A DNA stretch of 64,000 bases from Tequatrovirus NIC06P2, in the sequence record OZ035760.1, one strand, 5' to 3'. Below, piece by piece: positions 42,079 through 51,396 of this stretch (position 1 is its first letter; each line of letters opens with the position of its first letter). The translations under genes were made by a program, and so were the position numbers. The notes beneath the pieces are model-generated. The model saw only the letters and a program-made list of their open reading frames with translations. It had not been told where the DNA came from and did not search any database.

Positions 42079-43898
42079 TACTGGCTCATCCATTCTTTAC
42101 GAAGGTCAGCGTTATCTCCCATGAGCATTTCAAAAAGCTCTTTCCAATTCTCAGGAAGTTTAACAACATCATATACTGGATTTTGAATCATCTCACGATA
42201 TTCAGATTTTTCCAAAGAGCCAAGTCCTTTAATATAACGGATGCTATGTTTAGGTAGAGCATCTTTGGCACTCTCATATTCAGCGACTGTATAAAACCAT
42301 TCTTGTTTTTTACCGACCTGAGCGATGATTACAGGAGTTTTGACAAAGCGAATTCGTCCTTGCTCAAACAATTCTGGCCAATTACTAAAAAATCCGAGCA
42401 GAGAAGGATAAATGCTTCCTAGACCATCATGGTCAGCATCAGTCATAATAGCAATATTATGATAATTCAAGTTTTCAGCTTTTTCACCGAGAACTAATCC
42501 AGTGATTGCGCAAATATCAAATAGTTCTTTGTTTTTAAGCATATCAGCATATGACATACCCCAACTGTTGAGAACTTTACCACGTAATGGATAACCACCG
42601 TGAAGTTCTTTATCACGAACATCAATAAGATATCCGATAGCCGAATCACCCTCAGTCAAGAAAAGAGTAGTATCAGCATCTTTACCACAAAGATTCGCTT
42701 TAATATGTTTATGAACCTTAGCTTTAGAAGCCTTTTTAGCTGCTTTAGTTTCTGCTGCTTTTTCTGCCGCTAATTTACGAGCCAAAGCAGCTTCAATAAT
42801 CGGCATTAGAATTGCTTCATTATTTAGAATAGCACGTGAAATCTTTTTAGCATCAAGCTGAATATGACTACGGATTTCACCAAATGGAGAAGTCAAGCGC
42901 TCTTTAGTTTGAGAATCAAATCGCATGTTTTTCATATCACGAACAAACATAACGATAGTCAAACATTCTTTAACACGTGCTTTAGTTACATCAATTTTGA
43001 ACTTACGTTTGATTTGTGGAATAAGGTCTTCACAAATATCATCCATAACACAGTCAATGTGATGGCCACCATTCTTAGTGTGGATGTTATTGACGTATGT
43101 TAATTGACGAAAACCATCCGGTGAACGACCAACCGCAATAGAACAATTTTCTTGTTCTTGAACAATAGCATGCTCATCATATTGGCGTGCATATTTCTTA
43201 AAATTGCCCTGAACCTTTTTACCATTAAAGGTAAATTGAATATCAGGATAAACAACAGCAAGTGTCTGGAGACGATCTAGTGTAATGTCAAGATAAACTT
43301 GGGACAGCTCATTAGTTTCAAATGACATAAAATCAGGAATGAAAGTAACACGAGTTCCTTTCCATTTTCCAGGAATATCTTCCCATGATTTATTTTCCAT
43401 GCCGTTTGAACAACGAACTACAATATTATTTTGACCATCACCAGTTTCACCGACAAACATCACAGAAAAAATGTTTGTCAAACTAGAACCAACACCATTC
43501 ATACCACCGGTGACGCGCTCTTTATCATCACCGAAGTTACCACCTGCTTTTGGAATAGTCCACGCAGCAACAGGTCCAGGAATTTCTTCACCGGTAGGTG
43601 TTTTAACCATCGCTTGTGGAATACCGCGACCGTTATCTTCAACTGTTACTTGATTGTTTTTAATAGTAACATTAATTTTATTTGCGAATTTAAACTTAGT
43701 ACGAATACCTTCATCTACTGAGTTATCGATAATTTCATCAATAAGCTTAACAAGACCAGGTACATACTGAACACTTTCCCATTTACCAAACAGAAAGCGC
43801 TCATGCATTTCATTAGCAGAAGAGCCAATGTACATGCCGCTACGCTTTTTGATATGTTCAATATCGCTCAGAATTTTAATTTCATTCTTAATCATCAC
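42078..43898 (-). CDS. 39: DNA topoisomerase II large subunit, single fused gp39 (606 aa; covers T4 genes 39 and 60)
   Basis: GyrB-like ATPase (GHKL) and TOPRIM regions in one uninterrupted ORF; no internal gap, no mobA. Confidence 0.9.
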   Translation of the reverse strand: MMIKNEIKILSDIEHIKKRSGMYIGSSANEMHERFLFGKWESVQYVPGLVKLIDEIIDNSVDEGIRTKFKFANKINVTIKNNQVTVEDNGRGIPQAMVKTPTGEEIPGPVAAWTIPKAGGNFGDDKERVTGGMNGVGSSLTNIFSVMFVGETGDGQNNIVVRCSNGMENKSWEDIPGKWKGTRVTFIPDFMSFETNELSQVYLDITLDRLQTLAVVYPDIQFTFNGKKVQGNFKKYARQYDEHAIVQEQENCSIAVGRSPDGFRQLTYVNNIHTKNGGHHIDCVMDDICEDLIPQIKRKFKIDVTKARVKECLTIVMFVRDMKNMRFDSQTKERLTSPFGEIRSHIQLDAKKISRAILNNEAILMPIIEAALARKLAAEKAAETKAAKKASKAKVHKHIKANLCGKDADTTLFLTEGDSAIGYLIDVRDKELHGGYPLRGKVLNSWGMSYADMLKNKELFDICAITGLVLGEKAENLNYHNIAIMTDADHDGLGSIYPSLLGFFSNWPELFEQGRIRFVKTPVIIAQVGKKQEWFYTVAEYESAKDALPKHSIRYIKGLGSLEKSEYREMIQNPVYDVVKLPENWKELFEMLMGDNADLRKEWMSQ

Positions 43899-43947
43899 TT
43901 ATCCTCGTTTGGTTTCGGGAATATTATACTCCGGTAATCATAAAGCT

Positions 43948-43965
43948 AAAGGCCCGAAGGCCTTT
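43948..43965 (-). other. hairpin aaaggcc-cgaa-ggccttt (bidirectional terminator-like)
   Basis: Perfect 7-bp stem with GNRA loop flanked by A-run and T-run; lies between gene 39 start and the upstream ORF stop. Confidence 0.45.
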
Positions 43966-44234
43966 TATTTAAAACGAATAGTTGAATCCTTAAAGAACAG
44001 CCCAGAACATACTGTTCCTTCTACTTTCTGCCCAGTAGGTCCAATAGCACGAAATCCAGTATGTTGGAAATCATTTTCAGAGCAACCGAACCAATTATAT
44101 CCAGTGATTTCAATATTAGTAAAACCACTTGAAGACAAAACTTTGGTTGCATTATCAGCATCAGTACATCCTATTAAAGACACTGCTAATACTAATGCTG
44201 CGATAGAACGATTAACATATTTCATAATTTTCAC
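43965..44234 (-). CDS. putative lipoprotein (89 aa; signal peptide with LIGC lipobox)
   Basis: MKIMKYVNRSIAALVLAVSLIGCTD... has a classical lipoprotein signal. Confidence 0.55.
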   Translation of the reverse strand: MKIMKYVNRSIAALVLAVSLIGCTDADNATKVLSSSGFTNIEITGYNWFGCSENDFQHTGFRAIGPTGQKVEGTVCSGLFFKDSTIRFK

Positions 44235-44602
44235 TTAAATTTAATGGCTTGAAGGAGACTAATAATTCTTAAACGGCTTCTTTCATCTTTAACTGTAAAA
44301 GAAAGAGGATCGCCAGATTTCATAGTGATAGTGCATTCAAAATCAAAATCTTCGGAAACTTCTTTGAAGAAGTCAAATTCTTCATCATAAATTAGAACAT
44401 TACTCTGACAACTATGAAGAATTTTTCCATCATTTCCAGATGCTGTACTAATCATTGTAACATTATGACCTTTCATATCTTCAACGATAAATTCACTAGT
44501 CAATATTACAGCATTAATAGAACTATTCCTATTACTAGCAGAAAGTAGATATTTCTGTTCTTCACCTTCACGAATGCAATATTTCTTACCGATTTTAAAC
44601 AT
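44231..44602 (-). CDS. hypothetical protein (123 aa)
   Basis: Complete ORF. Confidence 0.5.
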   Translation of the reverse strand: MFKIGKKYCIREGEEQKYLLSASNRNSSINAVILTSEFIVEDMKGHNVTMISTASGNDGKILHSCQSNVLIYDEEFDFFKEVSEDFDFECTITMKSGDPLSFTVKDERSRLRIISLLQAIKFK

Positions 44603-44604
44603 AA

Positions 44605-44781
44605 TTACCCTTTAAGTAAGTCGTAAAAACCACCATTCACATGCTTAGGAGCAGAAGGCCGACGAGTAGACAAACGATGACATTTAGGGCAAACATCATT
44701 TTCTCGTTCAGAAATCTTTTTAATTTTTTCATATTCATGCCCGCAATCTTCGGATTGGCATTTATAATCATACATTGGCAT
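44605..44781 (-). CDS. small zinc-ribbon protein (58 aa; CxxC...CxxC)
   Basis: Hand-translated: MPMYDYKCQSEDCGHEYEK...CPKCHRL...; AAGGA Shine-Dalgarno; start overlaps upstream stop. Confidence 0.45.
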   Translation of the reverse strand: MPMYDYKCQSEDCGHEYEKIKKISERENDVCPKCHRLSTRRPSAPKHVNGGFYDLLKG

Positions 44782-44783
44782 AA

Positions 44784-45209
44784 TTATTCCTTAAAATGAG
44801 CTTTCAGCATTTGATACAAAGACCATGCCTGTTCATTATTTTCAATAGTAACTTTCATGACTGGGAATTCTGTGAAATCTTCTATTTGTTCTTGCTCTTT
44901 CTCTTCCTGCTCTTGCTCTTCAGCTGCCTGGTATGGATTTTCAACTTCATCAAAGAATTCAGCTTCGCTAGTAGAAAGCCAAATAAAATCTTCATCCAAA
45001 ATATCTTTACCGGAGGATAATGCCAATCTTCCAGTAGATGTCACAATTTTAGTAGGACGACCAAGATAGTCAATATCTATAACTTTAAAAGGTTCCATAC
45101 CTAAACGTCGTGCATAAATTCCGTTTTCAGTGTGGTCTTTAATAAAAGCTTCTTGAGCTTGTTTATTTTTAAATTGATACCATTTATTAACTTCAAATTT
45201 AATAGCCAT
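44784..45209 (-). CDS. hypothetical acidic protein (141 aa)
   Basis: Complete ORF; Glu/Gln-rich central tract. Confidence 0.5.
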   Translation of the reverse strand: MAIKFEVNKWYQFKNKQAQEAFIKDHTENGIYARRLGMEPFKVIDIDYLGRPTKIVTSTGRLALSSGKDILDEDFIWLSTSEAEFFDEVENPYQAAEEQEQEEKEQEQIEDFTEFPVMKVTIENNEQAWSLYQMLKAHFKE

Positions 45210-45424
45210 TAATAAATTTCCTTCCAGTAAGTTGTACCGTCTTCAGTGATTTCACGGAATACACCGTAAATCGGTTGTTTATCACCAACCTTTTCATACA
45301 CATAAACCGAAGTCAAGTGAATAAACTTGATGGTGTGTTCCTTTTGAACTACTACCAAATCTGGATCAAATAATACATCTTCAAATTCGTCATTAGTGCA
45401 ATTCTGAACAATTTTACGTTTCAT
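45209..45424 (-). CDS. hypothetical protein (71 aa)
   Basis: Complete ORF coupled to the downstream gene. Confidence 0.5.
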   Translation of the reverse strand: MKRKIVQNCTNDEFEDVLFDPDLVVVQKEHTIKFIHLTSVYVYEKVGDKQPIYGVFREITEDGTTYWKEIY

Positions 45425-45437
45425 TACAATTTCCTCA

Positions 45438-45719
45438 TTAATTGAACAGTGGAGCGATGCGTTTCAGAAGAGTAGCAGCACCTTTAGCGAATTTTACATC
45501 ATGAAAAACAGTTTCTTCTTCCGTTACAACACGAGCTTTAATGTTTTCACAATCCCAATTTTTGCGAACAATCTTCAAAAGCTGCAGTAAATCTTTACAT
45601 TCAGCAATATCGATAACACATCCACGAGAATCTTCCATTATAGCACGATAACCGTAAGCCATACCATAATCGTTGAAAGATTGCTCGATGATAATTAAGT
45701 TTTCCATTTTATTCTCCAA
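45438..45719 (-). CDS. hypothetical protein (93 aa)
   Basis: Complete ORF. Confidence 0.5.
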   Translation of the reverse strand: MENKMENLIIIEQSFNDYGMAYGYRAIMEDSRGCVIDIAECKDLLQLLKIVRKNWDCENIKARVVTEEETVFHDVKFAKGAATLLKRIAPLFN

Positions 45720-45803
45720 GTTGTTTTCTGTATCAGTAGTTGATATTGATATAGTACCATAATCAACTACTGATGTATATAGTTTTATGAAAAAATTTAA
45801 ACT

Positions 45804-46295
45804 TTATGCATAGCGAGCTTTGCTGTAGTGTTTAATCCAACTTTCAGGAATGACTTTGTATGTTCCTAAAAATACCACATTGTACAGCTTAACACCATCT
45901 TCTACCCATTGATCAGTAATGTATGCACACATAGCGCGAGTACGCTGAGGAAGTGGTTGTCCACCTTCGGTAAATTCAAACTCATAAGGAGCAATGAACT
46001 TGATAGCTTGACCAAGTTTCCACTTAAAGTCTACACCTACATGTGAAGTATCAATCGTTTCAATTCCTTTAGCAGGAACAGCTTTCAAAAACGCAGATTC
46101 AAGAAATTTCGCGCGAACATAACCAAACTGAGGTTTAGACTTTCCATCTTTAGGAATGATACGCACTTTTACTTCAGAATCTTCATCTTTAACGCCGTGT
46201 TTAAGCTGAATGCTTACAATTTCGACCAATTTTCCTGCTGCTTTAGAACGGGATTTATCAGATACACGAGCAATTTCACCAATATTAATAATCAT
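45804..46295 (-). CDS. motB: MotB (163 aa)
   Basis: Matches T4 MotB size and sequence. Confidence 0.8.
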   Translation of the reverse strand: MIINIGEIARVSDKSRSKAAGKLVEIVSIQLKHGVKDEDSEVKVRIIPKDGKSKPQFGYVRAKFLESAFLKAVPAKGIETIDTSHVGVDFKWKLGQAIKFIAPYEFEFTEGGQPLPQRTRAMCAYITDQWVEDGVKLYNVVFLGTYKVIPESWIKHYSKARYA

Positions 46296-46370
46296 AGTTA
46301 TTTCTCACTTGTTAAAAAGATTTTATACTCCGCGGGACCATTATACTCTGGTCCCAAGAGTTTGTAAACT
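46296..46370 (-). promoter_or_regulatory. early promoter upstream of motB (GTTTAC -35, GTATAAT -10)
   Basis: Reverse complement GTTTAC-17 nt-GTATAAT; -10 is embedded in the inverted repeat gggaccaga/tggtccc. Confidence 0.55.
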
Positions 46371-46371
46371 A

Positions 46372-46914
46372 TTAATTCAAAATAGCTACCACTGCACTAC
46401 GAGGTACTACGCTAAAATCACCTGCATGAACAACGTTCAGAAGTTCAACACCATCTTCAATCCATTGGTCTGTTACCCAACCACAGACCGAAATAAATGG
46501 AGTCTTGATAGCTACCGCATGAGTTAGAAGGTCGGTAGGGTCTTGTTCTTCAACTTCTTGGAACAGGATGAACTCATCTTCATAAACCAGGTTTTTCTTT
46601 ATTTTGTTATTATCTAACCGGCGACCGTGGATGACGTAAGATTTGTCAAACCACTCACTTTTGGCAAATTCTTCAACAATAAATTCGCCTTCGCCAAAAA
46701 CATCAGTCAGAGTTTTATGACCGGAAATCAAGGCATTAGTTTTAATTTTAGGTTCAACCAGTTTGTAGGTTTTGCCGATTTCAATAGCGGTAGTCATAGT
46801 AGGTTCCTTAATTTCCAGCGGTTTAACAGGGCATACATAAGTGCTTACAACATCAAAATCAATCAGTTTAGCTACCGGATTTGGTATGTATTCAGGATTA
46901 TAATTAAATTTCAT
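46372..46914 (-). CDS. MotB-like paralogue (180 aa; shares the MotB C-terminal motif)
   Basis: C-terminus CGWVTDQWIEDGVELLNVVHAGDFSVVP aligns with MotB CAYITDQWVEDGVKLYNVVFLGTYKVIP. Confidence 0.55.
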   Translation of the reverse strand: MKFNYNPEYIPNPVAKLIDFDVVSTYVCPVKPLEIKEPTMTTAIEIGKTYKLVEPKIKTNALISGHKTLTDVFGEGEFIVEEFAKSEWFDKSYVIHGRRLDNNKIKKNLVYEDEFILFQEVEEQDPTDLLTHAVAIKTPFISVCGWVTDQWIEDGVELLNVVHAGDFSVVPRSAVVAILN

Positions 46915-46916
46915 AA

Positions 46917-47417
46917 TTATCTCATTTCAATAAAATCTACGAGTTCAGCATGCGATTTGCGGAACATTACTTGGTGCCCGCCAATGATAACTTGGTCATC
47001 TGGCACTTCGTATACAGCAAGATAAAATCCTTTAGAAGCTAATTCTTCACGCTCTTCTCGTGTGAACCATCTCATCATATCATATTCACTAGCGAAAGCA
47101 AAATGATAAAGACCTATAAACCATCCGGGAATATGATATTCTACTCCAACATAATCTTTCTTGAACTTAGTATTAATTACTATATTAGCGTTTTTAACTA
47201 ATAGTTTATCTTCGTGTGGTAAAGGAATTCTTTTATTATTATCGCTATGATGCATAAAATTAGGTCTGTCATAACCTACGTGTAATAGCCACTCTTCGCT
47301 CCATGAATCTATTATACTCCTATACGGCGTTATTTGAACACAAAGATTTCGACGTATTGTTATAGCATCTTCATAATCAAGAATACTAAACGATGATTCA
47401 ACACGATAAATTTTCAT
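46917..47417 (-). CDS. hypothetical protein (166 aa from MKIYRVESSF)
   Basis: Track ORF start at 47456 lies inside the promoter/leader; the shorter start follows the leader. Confidence 0.5.
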   Translation of the reverse strand: MKIYRVESSFSILDYEDAITIRRNLCVQITPYRSIIDSWSEEWLLHVGYDRPNFMHHSDNNKRIPLPHEDKLLVKNANIVINTKFKKDYVGVEYHIPGWFIGLYHFAFASEYDMMRWFTREEREELASKGFYLAVYEVPDDQVIIGGHQVMFRKSHAELVDFIEMR

Positions 47418-47474
47418 TTTATTATCCTCAGTAGCTATGGTGTTATAATACCACAACTAACCGAGGAAGTAAAC
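47418..47474 (-). promoter_or_regulatory. early promoter and leader
   Basis: GTTTAC (47469-47474) with leader GGTATTATAACACCATAGCTACTGAGGATAAT. Confidence 0.5.
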
Positions 47475-47480
47475 AACTTT

Positions 47481-48164
47481 TTATCGTTTTGTTGGAAGAG
47501 ACAGAGGATCGCACTCTTCCTCTGATGGAGCATCTTCAAGACCCATAGCGTATCGCAAAGCATACTTCATCATCAGGATGTCTTTCGCACAGTCATGAAT
47601 AGAATTATGCGCAACAAATCCATCTAAAGTTCCCTTTGGAAGGGGACACGTTGTCATATCACGAACAAGTAGAAGTGCTTCAATTCTGGTACGAATATCA
47701 CGCTGATTCCAAAATTTACAAGGTTCTAACTTAAATGTATCAAGCTCATTCTCGGAAACGCCGTTAAGACGTTGAATATCGCGAATGAGATCGACTAAAA
47801 TTGGAAAATCAAACGACATTCCACGGCACCAGCCTTGAGATTTCCAAGGATCGATATTATGCGCATTGATGTAATCATTAAATTTTGCAATACCATCGAT
47901 AGTGCTTACATCTTCATCTGATGGCGCAATATTTTTTCGAGCTTCAGGAGATTGATTCTTCCACCATTCGATAGTGCTTTTAGTAAAAAGACGATGTCCT
48001 TTTTGGCTTTTTAAATCAAATTTGATTTTAATGCCACGTGAAACTAATTCATCAAATGTTTCAACGACTTCTGGATTAGGGTCAAAAGCAATTACAGCCA
48101 AATCAATAACAGCTGCTTTTTCACCGCTTCCCATTGTTTCAAAATCTATAATAAAATCAAACAT
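47481..48164 (-). CDS. dexA: exonuclease A, DnaQ-like 3'-5' exonuclease (227 aa)
   Basis: DEDD exonuclease motifs (FDFETMG; ...HNSIHD) and T4 DexA length. Confidence 0.85.
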   Translation of the reverse strand: MFDFIIDFETMGSGEKAAVIDLAVIAFDPNPEVVETFDELVSRGIKIKFDLKSQKGHRLFTKSTIEWWKNQSPEARKNIAPSDEDVSTIDGIAKFNDYINAHNIDPWKSQGWCRGMSFDFPILVDLIRDIQRLNGVSENELDTFKLEPCKFWNQRDIRTRIEALLLVRDMTTCPLPKGTLDGFVAHNSIHDCAKDILMMKYALRYAMGLEDAPSEEECDPLSLPTKR

Positions 48165-48439
48165 TAAATTTTCCTTGCTAAATCGCGAATTTGACCTACA
48201 GTATAATCTTGGATATAAACTTTATTAATAGGCTCATCAATAAATTTTGCCATAGATTCAATATCTTTTTGTATCTCTTCAAGACTGTATACTATCTTTA
48301 AAGCTTTTTCGCGAATAGTAATATTTTCAGGACTAGAATTTTCCTCAATGACAGCTTTAACATTTGTCATAAGAGATTTAAACTGATGCAAACTTAATTC
48401 AATCATTAATAACCGCCTTATAAAGATGGCTAATTTCAC
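48164..48439 (-). CDS. hypothetical protein (91 aa; tandem paralogue family member)
   Basis: C-terminal half resembles the next ORF (...LEEIQKDIESMAKF...DYTVGQIRDL vs ...LEEIERDLIALEFF...DYVLGEISHL). Confidence 0.5.
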   Translation of the reverse strand: MKLAIFIRRLLMIELSLHQFKSLMTNVKAVIEENSSPENITIREKALKIVYSLEEIQKDIESMAKFIDEPINKVYIQDYTVGQIRDLARKI

Positions 48440-48659
48440 CTAAAACATAATCACTGATTGTAACAGTTTTTACTTCACCACAAAAGAATTCTAACGCAAT
48501 TAAATCTCGTTCAATTTCTTCTAATTGAAGCATTAACTTGCCTGATTCAGTTTTCACGTTTTTGCGATTTTTACTATAAGCCAATTCATAAATTTCATTT
48601 ACTTTATCTTGAAGAAGATAAAACTGATCTTTAGTTATTTCCACGAATAGATTCCTCAA
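48399..48659 (-). CDS. hypothetical protein (86 aa; tandem paralogue family member)
   Basis: See the previous ORF. Confidence 0.5.
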   Translation of the reverse strand: MRNLFVEITKDQFYLLQDKVNEIYELAYSKNRKNVKTESGKLMLQLEEIERDLIALEFFCGEVKTVTISDYVLGEISHLYKAVIND

Positions 48660-48891
48660 ATTTAATTAGTAATTTACAGACACTTTCATCTAGTGTAATT
48701 ACCGTATCTGTATTACTGTGATATGATTGTTTTTCAATTCGTTTAATTGCTAATATAGTATCACTTATAAGATAAAGCTTATGAAGGAGCTCAGCTCCTG
48801 TTACCATAACATCGAGATTATCTTGCTTATTAGTATGCTTCCTTATACCATCTATTAGACGATTTAAATATTTTGAATTGATGTTAATCAT
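48631..48891 (-). CDS. hypothetical protein (86 aa)
   Basis: Complete ORF immediately downstream of dda. Confidence 0.5.
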   Translation of the reverse strand: MININSKYLNRLIDGIRKHTNKQDNLDVMVTGAELLHKLYLISDTILAIKRIEKQSYHSNTDTVITLDESVCKLLIKFEESIRGNN

Positions 48892-48897
48892 ATAGCC

Positions 48898-50217
48898 TCA
48901 CACATAAAACACATCATAACGACCACGGGTAACACCAACATAAAGAAGTTGTTGAGCTAATTCAGCATCTGCATAATGAATACAAGGCGTATAAATGAAA
49001 GCACGGTCTACAGACATACCCTGAGCTTTATGGAATGTTGATGCAGGAAGTGCTTTCACTTTACTAAACTGTGATTTAGCATCCCAAAAATCACTCCACG
49101 GAGCTTTTCCGCCTTTATTCCAATTTTTATAAGTTTCTGCCGTTTTACCTAAAAATAAGTTAAACTTATACAGCTCTTCATCAGATGAAATTATTTTAAT
49201 CTTTTCACGATAATATTCATCATCGCCGTAAGTTTCTACTGTCAAATCCCAATGACGAATTAGATATTCTCCAGAAACACCACGAGCTTTAACAAAGGTT
49301 GATGTATACTCTGCTTCTATAATACGAACTAATTGTCCGTTATTAAAAATAATTTCTGACACAGGCTTTCCATCAATTTTATATGTTTTAATTAATGGTT
49401 CCTGCATTACAATAATTTCGCCGACAATAAAATCTTTATCAGTTTCAAAAATCTTTTTGCGAATAATATTGTTTAACTTATCAACAGATTTATTCGTAAA
49501 TGCCATTACGCGATTTTCAAACAAATCATCTAGTGATTTGACGATTGAAAAATAATTTACCATAAAATCGCGTAAAGCGGTATCACCAGTAAATCCACGT
49601 ACTCCATGCCCGTCAACAACTTTATCATAAATCCACTTACCGTTGCGAACATCAGTAGCTACATCAATAATAGGAGCATTACTGCGTTTAACTTCAGTAA
49701 GTTCACACTGATAAAAATCTTTGTGTGTAAAGAATGGACTGATATAAGCAGTATTTTCTCCTGGATCAACAGGTCTAATTTGCTTATTATCACCTATTCC
49801 AATTATAGTACACCAAGGTGGAATAGTTGAAAGCAGAATTTTAAATAGCTTTCTATCATACATTGACACTTCGTCGCAGATTAATACCCTGCATTTAGCT
49901 AAATCTGGTACTTCCTTCTGTTCAAAAAGAACGTTTTCTTCATACGTAACTGGGTTAATTTTAAGAATACTGTGAATAGTACTCGCTTCTTTCCCTGACA
50001 GTTTTGAAAGAATCTTTTTAGCTGCATGAGTAGGAGCTGCTAAAATAATACCAGTTTCACCCGTAGATATTAAAGCTTCAATGATGAACTTAGTAAGAGT
50101 AGTCTTACCAGTACCAGCAGGTCCATTAATAGTTACATGATGTTTCTTTTCTTTAATAGCCCTCATAACGATGTTAAAGGCATTTTTCTGGCCTTCTGTC
50201 AAATCATCAAATGTCAT
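48898..50217 (-). CDS. dda: Dda DNA helicase (SF1B, 439 aa)
   Basis: Walker A GPAGTGKTT, Walker B (LICDEVSM), matches T4 Dda. Confidence 0.95.
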   Translation of the reverse strand: MTFDDLTEGQKNAFNIVMRAIKEKKHHVTINGPAGTGKTTLTKFIIEALISTGETGIILAAPTHAAKKILSKLSGKEASTIHSILKINPVTYEENVLFEQKEVPDLAKCRVLICDEVSMYDRKLFKILLSTIPPWCTIIGIGDNKQIRPVDPGENTAYISPFFTHKDFYQCELTEVKRSNAPIIDVATDVRNGKWIYDKVVDGHGVRGFTGDTALRDFMVNYFSIVKSLDDLFENRVMAFTNKSVDKLNNIIRKKIFETDKDFIVGEIIVMQEPLIKTYKIDGKPVSEIIFNNGQLVRIIEAEYTSTFVKARGVSGEYLIRHWDLTVETYGDDEYYREKIKIISSDEELYKFNLFLGKTAETYKNWNKGGKAPWSDFWDAKSQFSKVKALPASTFHKAQGMSVDRAFIYTPCIHYADAELAQQLLYVGVTRGRYDVFYV

Positions 50218-50525
50218 CGTAAATTCCCTGCAATTGGTATACTAACAATACGCCCAGTATCTAAAATTCGCTGATATAATCTTTGTGTGTCTACGTCAGG
50301 CTTAACATGTTTAACTTCTATTTTATTAAACCAAAATTTACGTGGAGTCTCAACTAATCTTGGAATTCCCTTACCTAAAGCTAGTTGATACTGCTCTTTA
50401 AGAGTGGTAAATACTTTATCAGCAATCTTCCATTCAAAAAATACAGCAGGACGATGTTCATCAAGCGGAACTGGCGCAGTAAATCCGTCTTTGTCTCGGT
50501 AAACTATCGCGTATACATAAACCAT
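50214..50525 (-). CDS. hypothetical protein (dda.1 position, 103 aa)
   Basis: ORF overlapping the dda start. Confidence 0.5.
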   Translation of the reverse strand: MVYVYAIVYRDKDGFTAPVPLDEHRPAVFFEWKIADKVFTTLKEQYQLALGKGIPRLVETPRKFWFNKIEVKHVKPDVDTQRLYQRILDTGRIVSIPIAGNLR

Positions 50526-50526
50526 A

Positions 50527-51273
50527 TTATCCTCGGATAAGTTTAAAAATTGAACAATTTAGCGGGTATCCTCTTTTCAGTTTAAGTTTATCAATAAAAG
50601 ACAAGTTTTGATACCGCTCTACACCTTGAATAATTTTATCACACATATCATATTGCATTTCTGCTTCTGACAACTTTTTCACAATTTTCCAATCCGAGCC
50701 TTTAAGAAGAACGTTCAGTTTAACAACTTCAGCGCCTTCTGCTATGCGAGAACCATCAATACGAGCTTTAAGCGCTATAATTCTTAGCTTAATGTCAGAG
50801 GTCTGTTTTGATTTAGAAAGCTGAGAAATGTGTTCAATTCGGTTTTCACGTTTTTTCTGTATAGCTTTAATTTGATTATAAGTCTTTTTGATTTTAGCCC
50901 ATTTCTTTTCATCTAAATTTAGTTTATGAACTTTTTTCGCAGATGAACGACCAATTCGCAAAGCAAACAAATCACGCTTTTCGATTAACTCTTCTAAAGT
51001 ATAATCAGAACGAAATGTATTATACTTTTTCTTTACTGCAATAACATTCCCTTTAATGTATCCAACGTTATTATCAAAACGTTCTAATGATAATTTCTCT
51101 CCTTCAATACGATTATCAAAAGGTTCTCCCGAGTAAGCACAAACTTTTTGATCTAAAATGTTCTTAATGTAATTGAAGTCTAAGTTAAAATCTTTAGAAC
51201 GTCTTTTTGCAGATGCCTGAGTATGCTCTAGACGACGTTTAATTTTACGAATTTGGCTATTAGACAGCTTCAT
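50527..51273 (-). CDS. srd: Srd-like basic protein (248 aa)
   Basis: Position between dda and modA and size fit T4 srd; assignment from synteny and length only. Confidence 0.5.
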   Translation of the reverse strand: MKLSNSQIRKIKRRLEHTQASAKRRSKDFNLDFNYIKNILDQKVCAYSGEPFDNRIEGEKLSLERFDNNVGYIKGNVIAVKKKYNTFRSDYTLEELIEKRDLFALRIGRSSAKKVHKLNLDEKKWAKIKKTYNQIKAIQKKRENRIEHISQLSKSKQTSDIKLRIIALKARIDGSRIAEGAEVVKLNVLLKGSDWKIVKKLSEAEMQYDMCDKIIQGVERYQNLSFIDKLKLKRGYPLNCSIFKLIRG

Positions 51274-51339
51274 ATTTTTCTCACATCTTACGGACGGTTA
51301 ACTACTTATACTATAACATTTTTACTTTAACTTGTAAAC
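51274..51339 (-). promoter_or_regulatory. candidate early promoter (GTTTAC at 51334-51339)
   Basis: Reverse complement GTTTACAAGTTAAAGTAAAAATGTTATAGTATAAG upstream of srd. Confidence 0.45.
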
Positions 51340-51396
51340 AACTTTATGTAAAAATGCTTTAAAAATTTCATGGTATAATGAATCTAAGTCCTTCCA

